Below are positions 7,811 to 14,999 of a DNA stretch of 24,427 nt, piece by piece. Position numbers and translations under genes: made by a program. This DNA comes from a virus (taxonomy: Duplodnaviria > Caudoviricetes): IMG/VR virus record IMGVR_UViG_3300046058_000040, positions 1 to 24,427 of that record; one strand, 5' to 3'. Under the pieces are notes generated by a model. It worked only from the letters and a program-made list of their open reading frames with translations, ran no database searches and had not been told where the DNA came from. How positions within the stretch are numbered: the stretch's first letter is position 1; every line of letters begins with the position of its first letter.

Positions 7811-9079
7811 ATGCCGGTCGTTCCCGAGGAGCTGACGTTTCAGGAGGCGCTGGAGTACCTCCGCCAGAAGACGGAGCTGCCGACGCGGCGCTGGACGGAC
7901 CTGGTGCGGAGCGAGCACGACCGGGCGTTCGTGGTGAGCGGCGCGACGAAGATGGACCTGCTGGCGGACCTGAAGGGGGCGGTGCAGGCGGCGATTGAGG
8001 ACGGGGAGACGCTGGAGGGCTTTCGGGATCGCTTTGACGACATCGTGGCGAAGCGGGGCTGGGACTTTCGGGGCGGGCGCAATTGGCGCACGCGCGTCAT
8101 TTACGAGACGAACATGCGCACGGCCCACGCGGCAGGGCGAAACGAGCGGATGACCGACCCGGACGTGCTAGAGCAGCGGCCGTTCTGGCAGTACCTGCAC
8201 ACCGGCGCTCTGAATCCCCGGGAGCGGCATAAATACGTGTGGGACGGGATGGTGCTTCGCCACGACGACCCGTGGTGGGAGGACCACGATCCCCCGAACG
8301 GATGGGGCTGCGGGTGCATCAAGGTCAGCCTGAGCAAGGAGGAGATGGAGGCCGAGGGCCTGGAGGTGAGCGAGAGCCCGGAAGTGGAGACCTACGAGTG
8401 GACGAATCCGAACACCGGCGAAGTCGAGGACATCCCGAAGGGCATCGATCCGGCGTGGAATTATTCACCCGGTGAATCGTGGCGGCGAGGCCAGACGCCG
8501 GCCTTTCGAGAGGGCTGGCCGACGTCGGCGGAGGGCGTGCCGGCCGGGGCGGTCACTGAGCCGGACGGGGACGCTTCGATGCCGGCCCCACGCCCGGCCC
8601 GCCTAGTGGACGGCTCGTCGCCGGAGGGGACCGAGGCCCCCGACGACACACCCAAGCTGCTCTCGACCGGCCAGGCCGCCGATGCCTACCGGCAGCAGTT
8701 CGCAGGCGAGCTCGGCGGACGGCCGACCTCCGGCGGCGGGCAGGTGCTGACGGACAAGGCCGGGGAGCCGGTGATCATGGATGAGGAGGCGGCCGACCTG
8801 CCGGAGGCCCTCCGGCCGTACGCCCAGCTTGTGGGCCGGACGATCCGGGACCCGGATGAGATTTGGGCCCGGCTGGAGCCGACGGCGGAGGCGCCCGGGC
8901 AGTACCTGGGCTCACGCTACTACCTGGCGCGGTGGGACACCGGCACGGGCGAGCCAACGTGGACGCTGGTACAGTGGACGAACGAGGGGTGGCACGCGGT
9001 GGCGACCGCCGAGGCGGAAGCGATTGAGGAGCTGCGGCAGCGGCGGGGCGGAGTGCGGCTCTATCGGCGGGGTCAGTAG
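7811..9079 (+). CDS. MuF/gp30 minor head protein with a C-terminal PBECR2-like putative RNase domain
   Basis: MuF motifs (AFVVSGA, IYETNMRTAHAAGR, PFWQYLH, R..H..WDG.VL..DDPWW..H.PPNGWGCGC, GIDPAWNYSPG), then a Pro-rich linker and a TIRDPDEIW...RYYLARW...GW...R.GVRLYRR domain. Confidence 0.85.
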   Translation: MPVVPEELTFQEALEYLRQKTELPTRRWTDLVRSEHDRAFVVSGATKMDLLADLKGAVQAAIEDGETLEGFRDRFDDIVAKRGWDFRGGRNWRTRVIYETNMRTAHAAGRNERMTDPDVLEQRPFWQYLHTGALNPRERHKYVWDGMVLRHDDPWWEDHDPPNGWGCGCIKVSLSKEEMEAEGLEVSESPEVETYEWTNPNTGEVEDIPKGIDPAWNYSPGESWRRGQTPAFREGWPTSAEGVPAGAVTEPDGDASMPAPRPARLVDGSSPEGTEAPDDTPKLLSTGQAADAYRQQFAGELGGRPTSGGGQVLTDKAGEPVIMDEEAADLPEALRPYAQLVGRTIRDPDEIWARLEPTAEAPGQYLGSRYYLARWDTGTGEPTWTLVQWTNEGWHAVATAEAEAIEELRQRRGGVRLYRRGQ

Positions 9080-9108
9080 ATCATTGGTTCATTGGTCATT
9101 TTCTCATG
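9074..9108 (+). repeat. 7/8-bp-phased CATT array upstream of the gpG-like gene
   Basis: CAGT 9074, CATT 9082, 9090, 9097, CATG (start codon) 9105. Confidence 0.7.
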
Positions 9109-9651
9109 CCTGTTCGCTTTGAGGTTTCGGCCGATCGGTTGAGCCCGTCCCTGCGGGAGCGGCTGGAGGGAGTGGAGCTGACGCCGCTGCACAAGAGCAT
9201 CGCGGAGATGCTTTTTCGCATTTCCCAGGAGTCATTCCGCAAGGAAGAAAGTCCGAGTGGGGAAGAGTGGGCACCCCTGAGCGCGGCGACCTTTGAGCTC
9301 TCCTTCCGCAAGCGGTACGGCGATGATGCTCAGGCATACAAGCGGGTGGGCGGGCAGAAGCAGCCCACTTCCAAGTTTCAGGGCTACATCCAACGGAAAC
9401 GGAGCCGCGGCATCCTTCAGGAGTCAGGGACGCTCCGGCGACTGGCAACGGCGGCCGACGAAGAGGGGGCACGGATCGGGTCCAATCAACCGCAGGCGCG
9501 AATCCAGCAGCTCGGTAGCGATGGGCCGATGAAGGGCTTCATCAAAAGCGAGCTCCCGGCACGGCCGTACGTGGGGATGGGGGAGAAGGACAAGTCGGTG
9601 GCAGCGAAAATGGTGGCAAATCATTATCGGGAGAGTCTGGAGGGAGGGTAG
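9106..9651 (+). CDS. Virion morphogenesis protein, Mu gpG/gp31-like
   Basis: F..EESPSGEEWAPLS..T, ILQESGTLR, IGSN..QARIQQLG and LPARPYVG motifs. Confidence 0.85.
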   Translation: MPVRFEVSADRLSPSLRERLEGVELTPLHKSIAEMLFRISQESFRKEESPSGEEWAPLSAATFELSFRKRYGDDAQAYKRVGGQKQPTSKFQGYIQRKRSRGILQESGTLRRLATAADEEGARIGSNQPQARIQQLGSDGPMKGFIKSELPARPYVGMGEKDKSVAAKMVANHYRESLEGG

Positions 9652-9708
9652 GTGGTTGGTGGTGGGGGGATTGGTGAGGGTGAGGTGTCAGTGGTAGGGT
9701 GTTGTTGG

Positions 9709-9764
9709 AAAGTGTTTTTTACGTGGGCTGTCATCTGGGGGGCTATCGTGTGGGATAGCATCCC
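9709..9764 (+). promoter_or_regulatory. Candidate Mor/C-activated late promoter upstream of the protease gene (PI-like)
   Basis: AAAGTGTTTTTT (9709-9720), the -10-like TATCGT 35 nt after the box start (9744), and GTGGGA-N4-ATCCC (9750-9764). Mu has a late promoter in this position. Confidence 0.55.
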
Positions 9765-9790
9765 AATTTTTGCAGGCGCCGCTCCCGCCG

Positions 9791-11230
9791 ATGGACCGCA
9801 TTCCGTTCTTCCGCGCCGGCACCCACACCACGACCTCGGGGCACGACCTATCGTTCAGTGAGGCCGAGGTTGCACAGGTGGCGGAGGTCTACGACCCGGA
9901 CGTGCACGAAGCGCCGATCGTGGTGGGGCACCCCAGCGACGACGATCCGGCATACGGATGGGCCGAGGACGTAGAGGTCCAGGACGGTCTCCTTGCGGCG
10001 ATGCCGCGGAAGGTAGAGCCTCAGTTCGAGGAGATGGTGAAGTCGGGCCGCTTCGAGAAAGTGAGCGCAAAGTTCTACCCGCCCGGCCACGACCATCACC
10101 CGCTCGGGGAGGACTCGGATGCCTACTACCTGCGGCACATCGGCTTCCTCGGGGCACAGCCCCCAGCGATCAAGGGGCTTCCGAGCCTGGAGTTCGAGGA
10201 GCTCGGCGACGACTTGGTGGCCGTGGAGGCTTCCTTCTCGGAGCCGACGTTTGCCGAGATGCCGTGGTACTTCCCGGGTGCGGTCCGGGACGTCTTTCGG
10301 CGTCTACGCGAGTACTTGGTCGCCAACGAAGGGGTGGAGACGGCCGATGAGGTCGTCCCCCAGATCCGCCTCGACGACCTGGAGCAGATCGAAGACGAGG
10401 CGGAAATGGAGGACCACGAGGGCGGGGCATCCACAGAGCACGAGTCCGGCGAGAGCGGTTCTTCTTCCGAGAGCGATTCTTCTTCATCCAGTTCCAGTTC
10501 TTCGATGAACTACCTCGACGCGTTTCTTCGCACGCAGCTGGGCGAAATGCTGTCCGGCTCCGATAAGTCTCGGTCCGACGTGGTAGAAGAGATAGCCACC
10601 GCGGCCGACATCGAGACGAGCACCGTGAACGACATCCTGGCAGGCAACATTGAGGCGCCCCCCGAAGAACGACTGCAGGGCTTTTCCGACGTGCTGGGCG
10701 TGAGCATGGACGAGGTGATGGAGGCGATGGGCGAGGATGCTCCGGAAGAGTTTGCCGAGCAGAACGAGGTCCTGAGTGAGAAGGAGGAGCGTCTCCAGCA
10801 GCGAGAGGAGGAGCTGGAGAAGCGCGAACGCGCTCAGCGCCGCGAGGAGGCGACGCAGTTTGTGGAAGAGCACATCGGGGCGGTGACGCCCGGCCACAAA
10901 GACACGGTGGTGGAGACGCTCGTGATGCTCGACGACCAAGACGTCCAGGTGCAGTTTGGGGAGGGCGAGAACGCCGAGGAGACGCCGGTAGGCGAGGCGC
11001 TTCGCGGCTTCATCGAGGCCCTGCCAGAGCAGATTGAGTTCTCCGAGGTGACGGCCGAGGCCGGCGAGGAGAGCGAGGCCCGCCTGGCGGACGACTCCGC
11101 CTACGCCCGCAAGCTGACCGAGAAGGCCATGGCCTTCAAGGAAGAGAAGGCGGAGGAGGGCATTACCGTCACGATCGACGAGGCGGTGAACGCCGTGAAA
11201 GAGGACTTCGACGACGACTCGCTCGACTAA
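9791..11230 (+). CDS. Prohead maturation protease/scaffold (Mu gpI-like) containing an XRE-type HTH
   Basis: IPFFRAGTH, YDPDVHEAPIVVGHP, PAYGW, KVSAKFY and YLRHIGFLGAQPPAIKGL protease motifs; Ser-rich linker; acidic coiled-coil scaffold. Possible internal scaffold start at ATG 10505. Confidence 0.85.
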   Translation: MDRIPFFRAGTHTTTSGHDLSFSEAEVAQVAEVYDPDVHEAPIVVGHPSDDDPAYGWAEDVEVQDGLLAAMPRKVEPQFEEMVKSGRFEKVSAKFYPPGHDHHPLGEDSDAYYLRHIGFLGAQPPAIKGLPSLEFEELGDDLVAVEASFSEPTFAEMPWYFPGAVRDVFRRLREYLVANEGVETADEVVPQIRLDDLEQIEDEAEMEDHEGGASTEHESGESGSSSESDSSSSSSSSSMNYLDAFLRTQLGEMLSGSDKSRSDVVEEIATAADIETSTVNDILAGNIEAPPEERLQGFSDVLGVSMDEVMEAMGEDAPEEFAEQNEVLSEKEERLQQREEELEKRERAQRREEATQFVEEHIGAVTPGHKDTVVETLVMLDDQDVQVQFGEGENAEETPVGEALRGFIEALPEQIEFSEVTAEAGEESEARLADDSAYARKLTEKAMAFKEEKAEEGITVTIDEAVNAVKEDFDDDSLD

Positions 11231-11304
11231 AGCCCTCGCTTGACGAAAGCCCCCGGCGCACCGCTTGACCGACCTGCTTTTTCTCCCCAGATTTCCCGAT
11301 TCCC

Positions 11305-11688
11305 ATGCCACAGTTTACCTCTCCGCTCCTCACGAAAACCTTCGATACAAGCGCGGCCACCGATCCGTACCGCTTGGTCAAAATGACCGGAGAGGCGGAG
11401 GTGGGTCACGCCACCGGCGTCGAGGACACCATCATCGGCACTACGACAGAGGTGGGCACCGACGGCGCGGGCGAGCGGCAGGACGTGCACGTGGCCGGCG
11501 TCGTTGAGGTAGAGTACGGTGGCAACGTGACCCGAGGGGACTACCTGACGAGCGACGCCACCGGAAAGGCCGTGCCGCCCACCCCGGCCGCCGGCGATAA
11601 CGAGAACGTCGCGGGCATTGCGCTGGCCGGCGGCGTGGACGGCGACATTGGAGCTGTGCTGCTGATGCAGAGCCGCATTCAGGGATAA
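11305..11688 (+). CDS. Capsid decoration/cement protein (DUF2190-like)
   Basis: 127 aa Gly-rich beta protein (VEYGGNVTRGDYLTSDATGKAV...GIAL..G.DGDI) between the protease and capsid genes. Confidence 0.75.
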   Translation: MPQFTSPLLTKTFDTSAATDPYRLVKMTGEAEVGHATGVEDTIIGTTTEVGTDGAGERQDVHVAGVVEVEYGGNVTRGDYLTSDATGKAVPPTPAAGDNENVAGIALAGGVDGDIGAVLLMQSRIQG

Positions 11689-11742
11689 GCGCCCGTTTTG
11701 ACTGACTCAAGAGCCGCACTTTCACTCGACCGACCCGACCCC

Positions 11743-12852
11743 ATGAAGACTGTTTCCCGAGCCCTCTCGACCTTCCGGCCCGTTGCGGCCGCGTTTCTCG
11801 CCGCGCTCTTTATGACACCGGTGGTCGTCCCCGAGGCGTCTGCCGCGCTGGCCCAGCAGGTCGACCTGTTGGCACCGGTGATTGAGTTTGCGCAGGCGCA
11901 TCCCTCCGGCGGGGCCCTTGCGGCTGCGCCGTTCCCGATCGATCCCGACCTGGTGGCCGTGGTGATGGGCTACGACGATGAGGACCTGATCGCGGAAGAC
12001 CTGGCTCCGATCGTGCCGGTGGGCGCCGAGGAATACGAGTACTTTCGCTGGGACCTCACCGAGGGCCTGCGCGTCCCCGATCAAAAAGTGGGGCGCCGCT
12101 CCAGCCCGAACGAGGTGACCTTTCAGGCAGAAGAGCTCACGGGCAAGGCAGAAGACTACGGCCTCGACAGCCCCATTCCCCAGAAGGACATCGACAACGC
12201 GCCGGAGGGTCTCGACCCGGTCGCGCGAGCCGTCCGCGGCATCGCGGACTACGTCTTGAAGGGGCACGAGGTGCGGGTGTCGACCCTGGCCACCGACCTC
12301 AACAACTACGCAGCGTCCAACAAGGTCACGCTCAGCGGGACGGACCAGTGGAGCGATCACTCGAACTCCACGCCCGTCGAGGACATCGAAGATGCGATCG
12401 ACGCGATGCCGATGGACCCCAATGTGGCGGCCATGGGCCACGACGTATGGCGTGAGCTGAAGAAGCACCCGGCCGTGCTCGCGGCGGTAGGGAAGGACGA
12501 CTCGAAGGGCCGCGTCACGCTGGAAGAGTTTGCGGAGCTCTTTGAGCTGGACGAGGTGCTGGTCGGCCGCTCGCGACTCGTGACCTCGACGAAAGGGCAA
12601 GATACGACCCTGGGCCGCACCTGGGGCAAAGACTTCGTCCTGTCGCGCCGTGACGACGTGGCCGACCCGATCCGGGACGGGAGCCGCCCGACGCACATGT
12701 TTACCGCTCAGTTCGGCGACCCGGTCGCCGGGCAGATGGAAGACGATTCGATCGGCCTGCGCGGCGGTGTTCGCGTCCGTGCGGGCCGGTCGCTCGACGA
12801 GCACATTTCGACACAGGATCTGGGGTATCTCGTCAAGAATGCTGTTGCATAG
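11743..12852 (+). CDS. Major capsid protein with a hydrophobic N-terminal leader
   Basis: PFPIDP.L..V..GY...LIA..LAPIVPV, E.RV..L......Y, LSGTDQWSD..NS.P..DI, and GYLVKNAVA C-terminus. The first ~60 aa resemble a signal peptide. Confidence 0.85.
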   Translation: MKTVSRALSTFRPVAAAFLAALFMTPVVVPEASAALAQQVDLLAPVIEFAQAHPSGGALAAAPFPIDPDLVAVVMGYDDEDLIAEDLAPIVPVGAEEYEYFRWDLTEGLRVPDQKVGRRSSPNEVTFQAEELTGKAEDYGLDSPIPQKDIDNAPEGLDPVARAVRGIADYVLKGHEVRVSTLATDLNNYAASNKVTLSGTDQWSDHSNSTPVEDIEDAIDAMPMDPNVAAMGHDVWRELKKHPAVLAAVGKDDSKGRVTLEEFAELFELDEVLVGRSRLVTSTKGQDTTLGRTWGKDFVLSRRDDVADPIRDGSRPTHMFTAQFGDPVAGQMEDDSIGLRGGVRVRAGRSLDEHISTQDLGYLVKNAVA

Positions 12853-12859
12853 TGATGTT

Positions 12860-13547
12860 CGCTCGGCCGCCTCGACTCCTGTCAGGGCGGCCCCGCCAGC
12901 CGCGGGCGGACATGCGCGGACCCGGTGGAGCACCCCACTCTCCGGGCGGCCCCGGGTCTCGAAAGTGCCGCCCTCCTCGGCCCCGCGATCCGCCGCGCGG
13001 GGCCCCGGGCCTTTCGGCCCGGACTCGGCGGGGTGGAGCAGTGGCAGCTCGTCAGACTCATAGCCTGAAGGTCGCTGGTTCAAGTCCAGTCCCCGCTACG
13101 ACCCAACCCTCACACGACCAGCCGATGCGCGAGGAAGCGCGGGAGGCGCGTCATGGACCCCCGGAGGCATGGGCGCGCTGAGGCACACGTTGCACTGGGC
13201 GGCGGCCTGACCCGCCGTGACTGGGGCTGCCGGCACTGGGTACAACCTCGGTCAGAATCTCGCCTGCGGGCCGGTCGTGGGCGACTGAAATATCCTGAAG
13301 GGCTGTGACCCCGTGGCCTACGCACCGAACGGGGCAGACACACCCCTACCCAGAAGCCGCTGCGGCCCGGTGGCGGCACCCAACGAATGTGAACCGGGCA
13401 CACATACCACCCGCCCTGTAGAGCGGAGAGCGGCGAGCATACCCGCCGAAAACCGCTGAGACCGGCTTGGGGCTACCGACGAGGGTTCTCGCGAAGCCGG
13501 CGCGCGCTCCCTCACTCATTACGAGCACAGTCCTTACGAGCCCAGTC
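12860..13547 (+). ncRNA. Candidate large structured ncRNA (GOLLD/ROOL-like) with an embedded tRNA
   Basis: About 700 nt without a credible ORF in an otherwise tightly packed operon. Many hairpins and long-range stems (e.g. 12979-13004, 13005-13022, 13236-13242/13347-13353, 13365-13371/13393-13399, 13462-13468/13494-13500). Boundaries approximate. Confidence 0.6.
13027..13098 (+). tRNA. tRNA with CAU anticodon, initiator-tRNA-derived but atypical
   Basis: Cloverleaf: acceptor GGCGGGG/CCCCGCT, D-arm GAGC/GCTC, anticodon arm TCAGA-CTCATAG-CCTGA, T-arm GCTGG-TTCAAGT-CCAGT, discriminator A; CCA not encoded. Confidence 0.85.
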
Positions 13548-13549
13548 CC

Positions 13550-13846
13550 ATGGTGACCGCACAGACGCCCCTAAAGCACGACGGCGAGACGTACGCCCCC
13601 GGCGACGAGGTCGACATGACGGGCGAGGAGGCCCGCGAGAACGGCTTGGTGACCATCGGGGCGGTGGAGATTGTGGCGTCCCTACCGGACGACTATCCCG
13701 GCCGGGATGCCTTCCACGAAGCCGGGATCACGAGCGTCGACCACGTGGCCGCCTTGGCCGAAGAGGATGAGCTGCAGTCCGTCGAGGGCATCGGAGACAA
13801 GACCGAGCAAAGAGTTCGCACTGCTCTCGCTGATGAAGAGGCGTGA
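13550..13846 (+). CDS. Small head-associated protein (Mu gp35 position) with a C-terminal helix-hairpin-helix motif
   Basis: PLKHDGETYAPGDEV N-terminal domain and LQSVEGIGDKTEQRV HhH motif. Confidence 0.65.
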   Translation: MVTAQTPLKHDGETYAPGDEVDMTGEEARENGLVTIGAVEIVASLPDDYPGRDAFHEAGITSVDHVAALAEEDELQSVEGIGDKTEQRVRTALADEEA

Positions 13847-13849
13847 CCA

Positions 13850-14317
13850 ATGGCTACCTACGCCACGAAGGAGCGCATGCTGCGGATGTTTGCCGTGCAG
13901 GAGCTGGTCCGTCTGACCGGCGGCCCGCCGAACTCCGACTCCGCGGCCGACATCGATGACGGGCGCCTGGATCAGGCGTTCGAGGACGCGCAGGACGAGT
14001 GCGACGCGTATCTGGACGGCCAGTACGATCTGCCGATCGCGAAGGAAGACATCCCCGGCAGCTTGGAGATGCACGCCTGCAATGTCGCGTACTTCTACCT
14101 GCACGACGCGCCGACCGACCAGGCGACGGCGCGCTATAAGCGAGCGCTCTCGTTCCTGGAGGACGTGCAGAAGGGCGTCCGCAGCCTCGGGATCGACGAC
14201 GAAGGGGAAACCCCAAAAGATTCCGGAGGCGTGGAGTCGGCCGGAAGCACGCCGGCCCACGAGAAGCACTACGGGACCGACAGGTCGAGCTCCTGGAACG
14301 ACGCGCCCAGCTTTTGA
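13850..14317 (+). CDS. Head-tail adaptor, Mu gp36-like (DUF1320)
   Basis: YAT...M...F...EL..LT, D.YL...YDLP, L....C.VA.F.L, RYKRAL.FLEDV.KG..SLG. Confidence 0.85.
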   Translation: MATYATKERMLRMFAVQELVRLTGGPPNSDSAADIDDGRLDQAFEDAQDECDAYLDGQYDLPIAKEDIPGSLEMHACNVAYFYLHDAPTDQATARYKRALSFLEDVQKGVRSLGIDDEGETPKDSGGVESAGSTPAHEKHYGTDRSSSWNDAPSF

Positions 14318-14334
14318 GCCACGAGGGTTGACCG

Positions 14335-14760
14335 ATGACGATCGACCGCGAGGGGCTTCGCACGGCCATCCGGGAGCACCTGCTCGGCGTCTCCGACCTG
14401 TCGCGGGACCTCCAGATCGACACGTTCGAGGGAAATGCCGACAGTGATCAAGGCCGGGAGCAATGGTTCGATCAGTTCCTGCAGGCGGAAAAAGGTGGCA
14501 TTGCCGTCAGCTACGCCGGGTCGCAGGAGCGAGACGGAGACAACGGCCGGACGCAGGAAGCAGTCGTCATTTTGCTTCTGTACGCCCGCTACGAGGCGGC
14601 GGCGCTCGGGTACCTGACCGCCGCCGAAGACGCGCTGGACGGCGCGAAGGTGAGCGTCGGCGGCGCGCCGTACTGGGTCTGGTGGGCGGCTGACCAGATG
14701 ACCGGGCGCACGGATGGGTACTACGAGTACGAAGTGAGGCTTCGCATTGCGACAGACTGA
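14335..14760 (+). CDS. Head-tail joining/tail terminator protein (Mu gp37 position)
   Basis: 141 aa; position after gp36; alpha/beta pattern ending YEYEVRL. Confidence 0.55.
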   Translation: MTIDREGLRTAIREHLLGVSDLSRDLQIDTFEGNADSDQGREQWFDQFLQAEKGGIAVSYAGSQERDGDNGRTQEAVVILLLYARYEAAALGYLTAAEDALDGAKVSVGGAPYWVWWAADQMTGRTDGYYEYEVRLRIATD

Positions 14761-14763
14761 CCA

Positions 14764-14958
14764 ATGGAGCTATGCCCAGACGAGACGGCCGCCACGCTTG
14801 TGCGGCGCCGGTCGTACACGATCGATGTGCCCGGGCTGGGGCCGGTGACGTACTCTCGCGGGGAGACGGTGCCGCAGAAGCACTTTCAGCATGTGCCGCC
14901 CGAACACCGTCGATGGTTCGATGCCGTCGAGGATGAGGAGAATGAGGAGGACGAGTAA
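14764..14958 (+). CDS. Small hypothetical protein
   Basis: Fills the gap between neighbouring genes; acidic tail and phage-like codon use. Confidence 0.55.
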   Translation: MELCPDETAATLVRRRSYTIDVPGLGPVTYSRGETVPQKHFQHVPPEHRRWFDAVEDEENEEDE

Positions 14959-14999
14959 CCGATTGCACCCCCCTTTTATTCACTTATTACTGAGTCGCC

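Noticed and set aside
9652-9861. 69-aa ORF in the G-I gap
   Set aside because: Low-complexity translation of the G/T tract; overlaps the candidate promoter and the protease start.
11231-11290. Terminator or operator between protease and decoration genes (CGCTTGAC twice, T-run)
   Set aside because: No convincing stem before the T-run, and two 8-mers alone are too weak to call.
11722-13083. 453-aa minus-strand ORF starting MNQRPSGYESDELPLLHPA
   Set aside because: Its start is the antisense reading of the tRNA, and the rest shadows the capsid gene; typical high-GC artefact.
12852-13181. 109-aa plus-strand ORF after the capsid gene, and minus ORFs 13110-13528
   Set aside because: Pro/Arg/Gly-rich; the plus ORF runs through the tRNA. 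They lack the acidic composition of real genes here and are better explained by structured RNA.
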